A stretch of DNA of 37,519 bases from Euryarchaeota archaeon TMED117 (GCA_002171315.2 NHFS02000036.1:1-37519); one strand, 5' to 3'. Shown: positions 8,796 to 18,395, counted from the stretch's first letter. The notes: generated by a model from the letters alone, not told the origin. Translations and numbers: made by a program.

Positions 8796-9449
8796 ATGGA
8801 ACAATGTTCTCTTTCTGGTGATGAAGTGATGGATGATCCGTCTGATTTAGCCAAAGAGTATCCTATTGTCGAAATATTTCACTCTGTTCAAGGCGAAGGA
8901 TTTCATGCAGGAATACCACATATATTTGTTCGATTTGGGTCATGCAATCTTCGTTGTTCTTGGTGCGATACAGATTTTGACACATATAGTAATATGACTG
9001 CTATCGATATACTTGGAGAAATTTTGAAATTTGATTGCAAGCGAATAATCTTCACAGGAGGTGAGCCGATGCTTCAGGATTTATGGCCGTTACATCGGCT
9101 ATTGAAGCGAAGAGGGTATGCGCTTTCAATAGAAAGTAACGGAACCATTGATATTCCTGATGGATTGCTTGATTGGATTTGTATTTCTCCTAAAGATCAA
9201 ATGTATCCGAATGTTGCTATCAGGCAAAGAAATGGTGATGAAATGAAAGTGGTCTATTGTGGCCAAGATCTCTCGATGTATGATTCATTAAAGAATGGAT
9301 TTGAAAATTTATTTCTGCAACCATGTTACATCGACACAGATACAATTGAAGAGAATGGAACTACATTCCAAATTACTGAAGAAATTGTAAAGAAAAACCC
9401 TGAGTGGAGACTTTCACTTCAAACACATAAATGGATGGGGATTCTATGA
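8796..9449 (+). CDS. queE: 7-carboxy-7-deazaguanine synthase QueE (radical SAM)
   Basis: IFHSVQGEGFHAGIPHIFVRFGSCNLRCSWCDT (CX3CX2C cluster) and FTGGEPMLQ. Confidence 0.9.
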   Translation: MEQCSLSGDEVMDDPSDLAKEYPIVEIFHSVQGEGFHAGIPHIFVRFGSCNLRCSWCDTDFDTYSNMTAIDILGEILKFDCKRIIFTGGEPMLQDLWPLHRLLKRRGYALSIESNGTIDIPDGLLDWICISPKDQMYPNVAIRQRNGDEMKVVYCGQDLSMYDSLKNGFENLFLQPCYIDTDTIEENGTTFQITEEIVKKNPEWRLSLQTHKWMGIL

Positions 9450-10234
9450 AACACGTCGTATTAGCCCTTAGCGGTGGTATGGATTCAACGTGTCTTTTGA
9501 TGCATTACCTAGCCAATGGATATCAAGCAACATGTATTTCATACGTTTATGGCCAGAAGCATGCGATTGAAATAGAGAAAGCAAAAGAGACAATCGAATT
9601 GTGTAGAAAAAATCTGCATATTATCAATCATCATATCGTTGATCTATCTCCTGCGATGAAACTCTTTGATTCTGCCCTAACTTCAGATGATCAAGAAATA
9701 CCAACAGGCCATTATGAAGAGGAGCAAATGAAGTTGACAGTCGTACCAAACCGAAATGCTATCTTCGCTTCCATACTGTATGGTTTCGCTCTATCCAAAG
9801 CCAAACAATCAGGAGAAAATGTTGTCTTGGCTTTAGGCGTACATAGTGGAGATCACGCCATCTATCCTGATTGTCGTCCTGAATTTTACCAATCACTTCA
9901 TGAAGCTTTTAAAATTGGGAATTGGGATCATGATCTTGTAGAATTTGATTTACCGTTCATCAACGGGGATAAGGAAACTATCCTCCGCGATGCATTAGAT
10001 TCAACCACAAAACTAGGGTTCGATTTTGATGCTGTTCTAACCAACACCATAACATCGTATAATCCAGATAGAGATGGTAGAAGTTCTGGTACAAGTGGAT
10101 CAGATATTGAACGAATTCTCGCCTTTCATGCAATAGGAAGAAAAGATCCTATTGAATATGTTAAACCGTGGAAAAACATTCTTTCAAATGCCCTTGCAAT
10201 CGAAGAGAAATTCAAAGGTGATATGCATGGGTGA
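9446..10234 (+). CDS. queC: 7-cyano-7-deazaguanine synthase QueC homologue lacking the zinc-ligand cysteines
   Basis: PP-loop [22 protein letters not shown] and [13 protein letters not shown]. The start ATG 9446 overlaps the queE stop (ATGA). The C-terminal Cys cluster is replaced (see findings). Confidence 0.85.
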   Translation: MKHVVLALSGGMDSTCLLMHYLANGYQATCISYVYGQKHAIEIEKAKETIELCRKNLHIINHHIVDLSPAMKLFDSALTSDDQEIPTGHYEEEQMKLTVVPNRNAIFASILYGFALSKAKQSGENVVLALGVHSGDHAIYPDCRPEFYQSLHEAFKIGNWDHDLVEFDLPFINGDKETILRDALDSTTKLGFDFDAVLTNTITSYNPDRDGRSSGTSGSDIERILAFHAIGRKDPIEYVKPWKNILSNALAIEEKFKGDMHG

Positions 10235-10616
10235 TAAATGGAAAAACCAAATTGAAGGGTTATCTGAAATGGCTTTTTATGTTACTCAGCAAAATGGGAC
10301 TGAAAGACCATTCACTGGTATTTTAAACAAAGAAAATAGGAAAGGTGATTATTCATGTATTGTATGTGGAACCTTGTTATTCACTGACCAAATGAAATTC
10401 GATTCAGGATGTGGATGGCCTGCCTTCCACTCAGAAGACTCCAATGCATGTATTTCTAGAATAATTGATGTTACTCATGGTATGGTCCGAACAGAAGTAC
10501 GATGTGGCACATGCGATGCTCATTTGGGTCACGTCTTCAAAGACGGACCTAGAAAGCACGGAGGAGAGCGGTATTGTATCAACAGTGCTGCAATGCAATT
10601 TGAGGTGAAAGAATGA
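10227..10616 (+). CDS. msrB: Peptide-methionine (R)-S-oxide reductase MsrB
   Basis: Two CxxC zinc pairs ([18 protein letters not shown]), GCGWPAF and catalytic RYCINS. ATG 10227 overlaps the queC end by 8 nt. The track's 10152 start lies inside queC. Confidence 0.93.
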   Translation: MGDKWKNQIEGLSEMAFYVTQQNGTERPFTGILNKENRKGDYSCIVCGTLLFTDQMKFDSGCGWPAFHSEDSNACISRIIDVTHGMVRTEVRCGTCDAHLGHVFKDGPRKHGGERYCINSAAMQFEVKE

Positions 10617-11062
10617 CAACACGAATACGACGATATGTAGAAACTGATACTGGTCATCGAGTACCAAATCACAAGAGCAAGTGCAGACATTTCCATGGAC
10701 ATCGATATCGGTTTGAAGCTGAGATTGAAGGTGACATCATCGATACCCCAGGCGTTAGTGAAGAAGGTATGCTCATGGATTTTTCTGACGTTAGTCAAAT
10801 CCTGATGGAGCATATTCATGATGTCGTTGATCATGCATTCATTGTATACTCAGAAGATAAAGAAGCCCGCATTGCTTTATCACATCTGGATTCAAACCAT
10901 AGAACATTTGTCGTTCCATTTATTCCGACCGCTGAAAACTTAGCGAAGTGGGCTTTTGAACAAGTTGAACCACACATCAAAAATTCTTATGGAACTTCAT
11001 TGAAACTTGTTGCAATGCATGTACGTGAGACCCCGAAAAGTTGGGCTTCATGGGCACCGTAG
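10613..11062 (+). CDS. queD: 6-carboxy-5,6,7,8-tetrahydropterin synthase QueD (PTPS family)
   Basis: [23 protein letters not shown] and [16 protein letters not shown] overlap with the msrB stop. Confidence 0.9.
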   Translation: MTTRIRRYVETDTGHRVPNHKSKCRHFHGHRYRFEAEIEGDIIDTPGVSEEGMLMDFSDVSQILMEHIHDVVDHAFIVYSEDKEARIALSHLDSNHRTFVVPFIPTAENLAKWAFEQVEPHIKNSYGTSLKLVAMHVRETPKSWASWAP

Positions 11063-11899
11063 TTATTCTTCTTCACGTAGTACTTTGCGTCTTCTAGATG
11101 CACGCCAGTCATCATTACCAGAGACAAAGGAAAGAGCTGTAGCTGCATCTACCAATCCGCCAATCATTCTATTGGCCTCATCTCGAAGGAGACCTGAGCG
11201 TTGTAATGATCGAATCATTGAATGACTGAACGATTTTCTTCTCTCATCTCCTCCGGGCAAATTTTTTGCAATATCCATGATCGCTTTTCGCAGTATATTG
11301 CGCTGCTCGGACGAGATGCCACGTTCTAAAGGAACAATTGATGGCAACGCAACATCCTTGCCTTGATTTGCAAGAACTCTATGACGATGTAATTCATAGG
11401 TCAATGTATGAACTGCATGACTTAGGTTCGTGATTGGATATCCTTCCCATGTTGGAAGAGTTACCAGATAATCACAATTGAGTAAATCATCTTCATCCAG
11501 ACCTTTTCCTTCTTCACCAAAAACAAGTGCAACCGATTCTGTGTGCATTGACATTCGTTCTGAAAGTTCCCAAGGATAGACGAAATGTCGCATTTGTGTC
11601 TTTGAGCCAACTTCACGCTTACCAGAGGTTCCTACAACTATTGAACAATCGGAAACTGCATCATTGAAAGATGAAAATACTTCACAAGTATCGAGAACCC
11701 TTCCTGCATGTTTCGCACGGTTTCGTGCTTCGATATCATCTGGGCTACACTGTGGATTCACAAGCCTAAGTTGATCATAACCATGGTTCAAAAGGGATCG
11801 GCATACCGCACCAAGATTTCCTGGATGTTGAATGCCAACGAGTACAATCACAAGATTATACGGAGATGAAGGCAAAGGCAGGTCACTTCGATCACCCAT
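11063..11899 (-). CDS. SpoU/TrmH-class RNA 2'-O-methyltransferase (TrmJ-like) with a C-terminal extension
   Basis: LVGIQHPGNLGAVCRSLLNHGYDQLRLVNP, ALVFGEEGKGL and LPTWEGYPITNLSHAV. I chose ATG 11899 because it sits behind GGAGGAG, not the track's 11938. Confidence 0.8.
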   Translation of the reverse strand: MGDRSDLPLPSSPYNLVIVLVGIQHPGNLGAVCRSLLNHGYDQLRLVNPQCSPDDIEARNRAKHAGRVLDTCEVFSSFNDAVSDCSIVVGTSGKREVGSKTQMRHFVYPWELSERMSMHTESVALVFGEEGKGLDEDDLLNCDYLVTLPTWEGYPITNLSHAVHTLTYELHRHRVLANQGKDVALPSIVPLERGISSEQRNILRKAIMDIAKNLPGGDERRKSFSHSMIRSLQRSGLLRDEANRMIGGLVDAATALSFVSGNDDWRASRRRKVLREEE

Positions 11900-12138
11900 T
11901 ACTTCTCCTCCATTTTGGTTAAATATTCGGCAATCCAAACGGGATTACATGCCTGATAAATAAAAAATAAAAATCCACCTGATTGACGATCCTGCATAAC
12001 GAGTGAGCGTCTTCGTACACTATGTTGGTTCCGTAGATGAAGAATCAATAACTCAAGATCTTCTGGATTGTCTCCATGAACAGATACAGGTGTTCGATTC
12101 CAATCAACCCAAATGGGCAAAGAACCGACTCCAATCAA
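11899..12138 (-). CDS. Hypothetical 79-aa protein (TTG start); coding status uncertain
   Basis: It fills the whole S17e-to-methyltransferase gap. Its TTG start overlaps the S17e stop (GATTGATTG) and its TAA overlaps the methyltransferase ATG (TAATG). No motif recognised. Confidence 0.3.
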   Translation of the reverse strand: MIGVGSLPIWVDWNRTPVSVHGDNPEDLELLILHLRNQHSVRRRSLVMQDRQSGGFLFFIYQACNPVWIAEYLTKMEEK

Positions 12139-12326
12139 TCAGTACGACGTTGGCGGTAACGTGTAACGTAACCAGCAATCCAATTTCGTAATTTCTTCGT
12201 ACTAACGTCTGTTAGTTCACCAACCATAATTTTATTGTGATCGAAATCATCTGTAAATTTCTCACCATGTTCTTCAACAAGTCGAATGGCTCTGATTTTG
12301 ATAAAACTTGGACGAATATTTCCCAT
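12135..12326 (-). CDS. rps17e: 30S ribosomal protein S17e
   Basis: [57 protein letters not shown] matches the archaeal S17e pattern. Confidence 0.88.
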   Translation of the reverse strand: MGNIRPSFIKIRAIRLVEEHGEKFTDDFDHNKIMVGELTDVSTKKLRNWIAGYVTRYRQRRTD

Positions 12327-12328
12327 AC

Positions 12329-12610
12329 TTATGCCTCCACATACAATTTGACTTCGATAGGGATGTCAGGTTCATCGTGACGAATAACTGTCAGTTTGAT
12401 TTTACGCGGTGGATTTTCAATTCCGCGCTCCCAGATTTTCTCATTCACTTCAGGATCGATGTAAATCTCTTCTTCAGGAAGTACTTTGAGATGACGAATG
12501 ACTTCATCTTTGATGATTTGAATAGCACGAGGAGCACGCTTGTAGCGTGTAATATTCCATGCCTTTCTAAGTGGTACGATAAGTTCGGATGTTGCTGCTC
12601 TTGCCATCAT
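12329..12610 (-). CDS. rpl31e: 50S ribosomal protein L31e
   Basis: [32 protein letters not shown]...[23 protein letters not shown]. Confidence 0.9.
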   Translation of the reverse strand: MMARAATSELIVPLRKAWNITRYKRAPRAIQIIKDEVIRHLKVLPEEEIYIDPEVNEKIWERGIENPPRKIKLTVIRHDEPDIPIEVKLYVEA

Positions 12611-12616
12611 ATCACC

Positions 12617-12772
12617 TCATCGTTGTAGTTTACTACGTCGCCAGTGGTGACGCTTTGGATGCGACACTGTGCTGCGGTTAGTCTTGAGCATGACCCATAC
12701 AGGTACACGTCGGTTTTGCTTTCCTGCCTTCATTAGGCGAATTTTCTTTGCTGCTGGTTTATTTTTTGACAT
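12617..12772 (-). CDS. rpl39e: 50S ribosomal protein L39e
   Basis: [54 protein letters not shown] 12772 follows GAGGGGTG. The track's 12811 start is an extension. Confidence 0.9.
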   Translation of the reverse strand: MSKNKPAAKKIRLMKAGKQNRRVPVWVMLKTNRSTVSHPKRHHWRRSKLQR

Positions 12773-12788
12773 GTTCGAGCACCCCTCA

Positions 12789-13148
12789 TCAGATTCGACG
12801 GATAGACGCACTACGGCGGCTCTTGGATAGGTTTGTTAGGATTCTCTTTAGCTGTTCATCTGAAACAGGTATAGAGATTTTAGATTCTTGATGAAGGTTA
12901 ACAAGTTGCTTCTTGAGCAAATCCGCTCGGGCAGGATCGACCAATGAAACATTGGTTAATCGTCCTCTTGCTTCAGGCGACAGAATTTGGCGCATAGCGG
13001 AATCAAGTGCTTGTTGTTCAACAGCCTTGGCTTGTGATTCAACTTCTGCATCGGCTTGTTGCTGAGCTTGCTGGGCTAATTGTTGTTGAAGTTCTTGTTG
13101 GCGTCGTAGTCTGAACGCTTCTAGTTCTGAAGATGTGTTATCGACCAT
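12789..13148 (-). CDS. PDCD5/TFAR19-like double-stranded DNA-binding protein
   Basis: Gln/Ala-rich helical N-terminus followed by [31 protein letters not shown]. It occupies the conserved archaeal position between S19e and L39e. ATG 13148 sits behind GTGGGTGG. Confidence 0.85.
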   Translation of the reverse strand: MVDNTSSELEAFRLRRQQELQQQLAQQAQQQADAEVESQAKAVEQQALDSAMRQILSPEARGRLTNVSLVDPARADLLKKQLVNLHQESKISIPVSDEQLKRILTNLSKSRRSASIRRI

Positions 13149-13171
13149 TGAAACCACCCACTCACTTCCAA

Positions 13172-13666
13172 TCAGTACTTATCGAGTCCTGGATATGCTG
13201 CTTCAACCTCAGGGCGAACTGCGAGAGCAACTTGATTCAAGAGTTTGTGACCGGCTGGCGTGATAATACGGCCAGAGTAAAGTTGGGTTGGTTCTCGATT
13301 TTCGTGTTCAATCAATCGTGCTGCTTGCATAACAACAAGTCCAGCGTCTTCGAGTTGTTGTAGAATAGCTCGGATGACTTTACGTGATCCAACTCCGGGT
13401 GTGTTTGGCTTGGAACCGTTGTTCTTACGGCCTCCGTATTCTTGAGAAAGAAGAGTAACACCAATTGGTCCTTGACGAGCGATCTTACGCAACATTGCTG
13501 CTCCACGGATGTGCCACCAGTCGGTTTGTGTTGGTGGGCGCTCTCGAGAGGAGCCAGTTTTTACAACATGAGCCCATTCCGGCATTGAAATCGAGGCATT
13601 GCTCTTCAATTGTTCAGCAAGAGCTGGAATCAAAAAGTTCGCAGGAACATCATAAAACGTCGTCAT
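13172..13666 (-). CDS. rps19e: 30S ribosomal protein S19e
   Basis: TFYDVPANFLIPALAEQLK...PEWAHVVKTGSSRERPPTQTDWWHIRGAAMLRKI...GSRKVIRAILQQLEDAGLV. Start taken as ATG 13666 (MTTFYDV). Confidence 0.92.
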   Translation of the reverse strand: MTTFYDVPANFLIPALAEQLKSNASISMPEWAHVVKTGSSRERPPTQTDWWHIRGAAMLRKIARQGPIGVTLLSQEYGGRKNNGSKPNTPGVGSRKVIRAILQQLEDAGLVVMQAARLIEHENREPTQLYSGRIITPAGHKLLNQVALAVRPEVEAAYPGLDKY

Positions 13667-13733
13667 GTCTACACCAAGCAACCTTCCGACTTGTCTCCCC
13701 TATTTGAATAAAACGGGCGAATCCGAGATTAAA

Positions 13734-14621
13734 ATGATGAGCATATTGTCCTTTGGACGAGTGCAAGTCTTCTTGAATCAGGCCCGTTTGGAAGGATTGA
13801 TGAAGAAGGCCTTAGCACAGAACCCCAACCTTCTCAGAACGTTGATTGGGCTCTCATTAACACTCATTTTTATGCTCTCCTATGCCGTTTATGGAGCGAC
13901 AGTTTCACCAAGTTACTATATTTATGAAACTGAGGCTACAAATACTGAATTTAATGAGATTGAATTGGATAAGCAGGTTATCGATAACGAAACGTACTGG
14001 ACAACAGTTCTTGATGTAGATGCTCAGAATCTGACTTGGGTAAACATGTCAATAGATGATTTGGCGTCCGGTGCGATTATTAAATTGTCAAACACAGCTA
14101 AACTCTACAGTCATCAATTTCTAGGAGTAGAAGATGCAAAGGTGACAGTGAATGGCGATAAAGTAGATTTCAGATGCTCAGAGCACTGCCAGCATAGTGA
14201 TACCATCGAAGTGGAATCTGAAGACTCCAGTATTGAATTACGTTCGCTTACATCAACCAATCCCGCCAGAAGATCGAATGGAACTGTGTATGCTGACAAC
14301 ATAGAGGAAGCAGAGCAAGAAGCGAGGAAAGAGATTGATCATTTGCACGGTTCACCGCAACTCATTATTGAAATAAAGGAGCCTGGGGACAAATCTGTCC
14401 AGCCGGTTATCGTGATTCATACAGTCAACGAAGAATTTTCATCTATCGAAGTGTATTCAATCGATGCTGCGACAGAATTTTTATGGGCTCTGGCTGCAGT
14501 AGTAGGTTGCTTTTCAATGGTGCTCATACCGTCTTTTACTGTTTACTTTGCAGCAAGAGCTAAGGATAAAAAACGAGAAGAAAAACTCAAGTTGGTCGAA
14601 TCAGAGACCGTTGACGAATAA
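13734..14621 (+). CDS. Hypothetical membrane protein with N- and C-terminal TM helices and an extracytoplasmic domain of about 230 aa
   Basis: TM LIGLSLTLIFMLSYAVYGA near the N-terminus and TM FLWALAAVVGCFSMVLIPSFTVYF followed by a basic tail at the C-terminus. The track start 13665 would overlap the rps19e start. ATG 13734 lies about 26 nt after an A/T-rich TATTTGAATAAAA. ATG 13800 sits behind GGAAGG. Both are plausible starts. Confidence 0.5.
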   Translation: MMSILSFGRVQVFLNQARLEGLMKKALAQNPNLLRTLIGLSLTLIFMLSYAVYGATVSPSYYIYETEATNTEFNEIELDKQVIDNETYWTTVLDVDAQNLTWVNMSIDDLASGAIIKLSNTAKLYSHQFLGVEDAKVTVNGDKVDFRCSEHCQHSDTIEVESEDSSIELRSLTSTNPARRSNGTVYADNIEEAEQEARKEIDHLHGSPQLIIEIKEPGDKSVQPVIVIHTVNEEFSSIEVYSIDAATEFLWALAAVVGCFSMVLIPSFTVYFAARAKDKKREEKLKLVESETVDE

Positions 14622-14651
14622 ATCAAATACGTCGAGGGCGAATACACGTTC

Positions 14652-17600
14652 ATGGGGCGAGGTCTATCTGCGGCAATCGTTCTTCTTTGTCTGATTCTTC
14701 AATCAGTTTCAGACCCCTCGATCTTAAATGAAGAAATCAATTCTTCTGCACCAAAGAATTCCGGCATTGATATTACACCGGTTGGTGTTTCAATTACCTA
14801 TTCGAACCTAGCCGATGAAAATCAATACAAAATGTTCTCATCAAATCATCCCATTGCAAATTTCAATCGACCTGCTGAGTTATATGTCACAGATTCTGTT
14901 AATTCAACACCCATGGATATTGAAGTTACTGTCCGTAACGAAGGAAGTACTGTATCTGGTATTATTACGCTTCAGTTATTGATTTTGCACAATGAATACG
15001 GACAATTTGAGTTAGCAAATCGAACAATAACGATGAATGGATTATCCAGTAATGGCCAGGGTACTGCAACGTTCTTCAATGTATATGTCAACTACTCAGG
15101 GAATCACACACTAAGAGTAAGTTCAACTCACAGCGCAGTCGATGATAATGCTGGAAATGATATTCTTTCTAGGCATTATACAGTAGCATTTTCCTATTCA
15201 ACATGCACATCACTTCTAGGATGGAATACTGGGCCACTATGGGGTATGAATTCAGATGCAGCTTTGAGTATGGGCAGTTCCTGCCACATTGGACAGGGAA
15301 GCACTGGTTCATACAACAATAACATGCAATCATCATTGACCACTCCAATCTGGGATTTTAGCGATGTTGTGTATAATCCATTAATGACAAATGGTATCAC
15401 CTTTTTCTACACAGGAAGTGCGGATACCAACGATGAATTGAAATTGTACGCAAAAAATCTGAATGGTGCGTGGGATGAGTTAGCAACAATTGCAGGTACA
15501 GTCGATGCAAATCTCGGTGAATGGAGAACGATATCAAATTCGAACATGGGTCACACGACTCCCCTAATCCCTGTTAATCCAAACCAACATCTCCATTCCA
15601 ATTCCCAATTCAAATTTACATTTACAAGTGATAGTTCTGGAACAAGTAATGGTTATTGGATTGACGATATCGTAATCATTTATGATCAATCTGCTCGTGT
15701 TGAAGAATACAATTTCGAAGCAACTGGAATTTCAACCATGGGAGCAATACCGGGGTCTTGGGGTAAAATTACAATGAATCTTGAGAATACAGGAAACATT
15801 TCTGACTTTATTTCGCCATCAATACTCAACCTCCCTCAAGACTGGAACGTTGCGTATTCATATGCATCAGGGGCTGGTGTCAACCCCTCAACTGGCGTAG
15901 CACTCCTTCCTGGTGAATCGAAACAAATTGATGTGAAAATCCAACCGGACGTCAATGCAACAACGGGTTTCACACAAATGACATTCTTGGGAACAAGTGT
16001 GCAGCAACCTACCGTTTATGTTGCAGAACCTATGCAGTTCCAGGTATTAGCTGATCGAATCCCATTTATCCAACAACCTGATTTCAAACCAAAATGTGCC
16101 CCTGGATCTACATGTCTTTTCGAGGTTGAAGTGAGTAATATTGGTCAAGCAACAGATGTTTTTGACCTTAATACTGAGTCGAAAAGTTTAGCCAATGGAT
16201 GGAGTGTTTCCTTGTCCTTTGATCAACTGTCATCAATTCGATTGACGCCAAATCAGCCAATGAATGTACGATTCTTAATGACTGTTCCAAGTGATGCTGC
16301 TCCTGATACAACTGGTGATTTTTGGCTCACTTTAACAGCACAAAACGATACAAGCCGTACAATTACTGAAGCGATAACAATACAAGCATCCATGGTATCC
16401 TATGCTGAGATTGATTTTGCTGGAGAACCTGACTCAATTATTCTGATTGCTGCTGGAGAGACGATACATGTCCCATACACAATAACCAATCAAGCAACTC
16501 GACAGGATATTTTTGAATTATCTGTCGATGTAAATCCAAAAATTGGATGGGAAATTGAACCTGAAATACGCCCTCCAATAGCAATTAATCCCGGTATGAC
16601 TGCTTCATTTTACATTGCTGTTACAGCGCCAAGCAATGGCCAGGCGAACGATGCTGCACCAGTATTCAAACCCATTGTAACCTCCACGAGAAGCAGTACT
16701 TCATTCACAGGAGACCAATATGACAGTGTATTAATTGACACCATTCATGATTTGAGTTTATCCTTATCGAGTGGTGAGCAATGGCTTCGTCCTGGAGCGA
16801 TGAGTTCTATTCAAGTTGAGATCATAAATAACGGAAATGGACCGAGTATTGCTGAGTTAAGTCTCCCTAGTATTCCAGATAGTTGGGAATTCATGCTCCG
16901 TCAAAATGGTCTTGTTTTGGAAAGTAATTTCATACCACTTTCTGTGTCTTATATTGGTGAAGATACTGCTTCTATTGAGATTCTTATCTCCGTTCCAATG
17001 AGTGAATCCGCAGGCGAATTACATGAAATCACAATTGAAGTAATACCGAATGGAATGGATTCAGATATGTCTGATAATTCCATCACCCATATGATGATGA
17101 CAGGTAGTATACGTTACCCATCTTATACCAGCTCTGCAAAAGACATTCATGCTATGATCAATTCACAAGTAACCATCAATGGTACGATTACCAATATTGG
17201 GAATGCTTTAGAATCCGACATGGAGATTGGTTTTGATGTATCGACTTCACCACCAACAGATGACATTGTAGCATTTCTTACAGCAGGAGTTGGAGGACCA
17301 ACAACCACCCCCAACTCTCCCCTCACCTTCCCAATGAGTTCTGGAGATACTAAACTCATAATAATCGACCTCATCATTGGTCCAAATGTGCCTTTGAATA
17401 CAAGAATTGTAATCACAACCTATGTCGAGGGAGGACTTGATAACGATGGAGATATTGTCAAAATTGAACATCAAAATTTGATTCTTGTTGATGAGCAAAG
17501 GGAGGTGAATTTGGAAGTTTCACCCCTTCCAACAACGCCAATAGAATCTGAAACAACAGGAGCTGGTTTTTGGATTAATCTAACAAGTGAATCAACATTC

Positions 17601-18200
17601 AATGAAGACCTTACATTAATAATTCTTCACCCAGCAACATGGCAAGTGATATGCAATGGAAATTTGTTTCAACAAACTGAACCTTTGAATGTAAGCCTTC
17701 AATACAGTCGTGGAGATGTTTCAGAAAAACAATTCAGTTGCACAATTCATAGACTACAAGGTACGTTAGAAGGAGAATTAACAATTTCGATGTCCACAAA
17801 GGATAATGCCATCTCGTCAACAGATTCTCAAATAATTGTTTTCTCAGAAACCAAAGATAGTGAAGGTTTCATGAATATGGAATTTAATGCACCGACGATA
17901 ATTACTGGAGGAATTGCGTTATTTATGGTGATGCTCATTGCTCTTATTATCCGCAGGAGAAGTGTCGTATTTGACGATGATGAAATTCAATCCGACGAAC
18001 TGTTGGTTACGAATGGGCCACCGATTACGAACGGACCACCAGTGAGTACAGGAATGAACACTCCTACAGTACAAACCTCTGTTGAAGATGAAACAACCTC
18101 GCCAGTCTTGCCAGAGACAGGTTTGCCTGATGGTTGGTCTATGGAACAATGGGAGCACTACGGCCAACAGTATCTTGATCGTTTAGGGAAACAGCCTTGA
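14652..18200 (+). CDS. Giant cell-surface (S-layer/adhesin-like) protein: signal peptide, CARDB-like domain, MAM-like jelly-roll, about six tandem CARDB/NEW3-like domains, TM anchor and an 82-aa cytoplasmic tail
   Basis: Signal peptide MGRGLSAAIVLLCLILQSVS. MAM-like end motif GYWIDDIVIIYD. A recurring pattern of the type G....V.V.N.G......L......GW........P (for example GSTCLFEVEVSNIGQATDVFDL...NGWSVSL and GETIHVPYTITNQATRQDIFEL...IGWEIEP). Many N-x-S/T sequons. TM GGIALFMVMLIALII followed by RRR. Confidence 0.85.
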   Translation: MGRGLSAAIVLLCLILQSVSDPSILNEEINSSAPKNSGIDITPVGVSITYSNLADENQYKMFSSNHPIANFNRPAELYVTDSVNSTPMDIEVTVRNEGSTVSGIITLQLLILHNEYGQFELANRTITMNGLSSNGQGTATFFNVYVNYSGNHTLRVSSTHSAVDDNAGNDILSRHYTVAFSYSTCTSLLGWNTGPLWGMNSDAALSMGSSCHIGQGSTGSYNNNMQSSLTTPIWDFSDVVYNPLMTNGITFFYTGSADTNDELKLYAKNLNGAWDELATIAGTVDANLGEWRTISNSNMGHTTPLIPVNPNQHLHSNSQFKFTFTSDSSGTSNGYWIDDIVIIYDQSARVEEYNFEATGISTMGAIPGSWGKITMNLENTGNISDFISPSILNLPQDWNVAYSYASGAGVNPSTGVALLPGESKQIDVKIQPDVNATTGFTQMTFLGTSVQQPTVYVAEPMQFQVLADRIPFIQQPDFKPKCAPGSTCLFEVEVSNIGQATDVFDLNTESKSLANGWSVSLSFDQLSSIRLTPNQPMNVRFLMTVPSDAAPDTTGDFWLTLTAQNDTSRTITEAITIQASMVSYAEIDFAGEPDSIILIAAGETIHVPYTITNQATRQDIFELSVDVNPKIGWEIEPEIRPPIAINPGMTASFYIAVTAPSNGQANDAAPVFKPIVTSTRSSTSFTGDQYDSVLIDTIHDLSLSLSSGEQWLRPGAMSSIQVEIINNGNGPSIAELSLPSIPDSWEFMLRQNGLVLESNFIPLSVSYIGEDTASIEILISVPMSESAGELHEITIEVIPNGMDSDMSDNSITHMMMTGSIRYPSYTSSAKDIHAMINSQVTINGTITNIGNALESDMEIGFDVSTSPPTDDIVAFLTAGVGGPTTTPNSPLTFPMSSGDTKLIIIDLIIGPNVPLNTRIVITTYVEGGLDNDGDIVKIEHQNLILVDEQREVNLEVSPLPTTPIESETTGAGFWINLTSESTFNEDLTLIILHPATWQVICNGNLFQQTEPLNVSLQYSRGDVSEKQFSCTIHRLQGTLEGELTISMSTKDNAISSTDSQIIVFSETKDSEGFMNMEFNAPTIITGGIALFMVMLIALIIRRRSVVFDDDEIQSDELLVTNGPPITNGPPVSTGMNTPTVQTSVEDETTSPVLPETGLPDGWSMEQWEHYGQQYLDRLGKQP

Positions 18201-18221
18201 CCTACCTGCCAATGAGCAGAC

Positions 18222-18395
18222 ATGGACGGAGATGAGCCACTATGGTACATCTTGTGGGTGTGCGTCGCAATATTCGGTGTATTAACCTGGTACTTACGTA
18301 ATTTTACACAACGTGTACAGGCAACTAAGTTGTCCGCTATGCTTGGCGTCATATCTATGATCACACTCGTTACATGGACATGGACTGATTTTTGA
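18222..18395 (+). CDS. Small 57-aa two-TM membrane protein (below the ORF-track size cut-off)
   Basis: My own translation gives MDGDEPLWYILWVCVAIFGVLTWYLRNFTQRVQATKLSAMLGVISMITLVTWTWTDF. That is two hydrophobic helices. Its stop is followed by GAGGT and then the ATG of the next gene 9 nt later. Confidence 0.4.
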   Translation: MDGDEPLWYILWVCVAIFGVLTWYLRNFTQRVQATKLSAMLGVISMITLVTWTWTDF

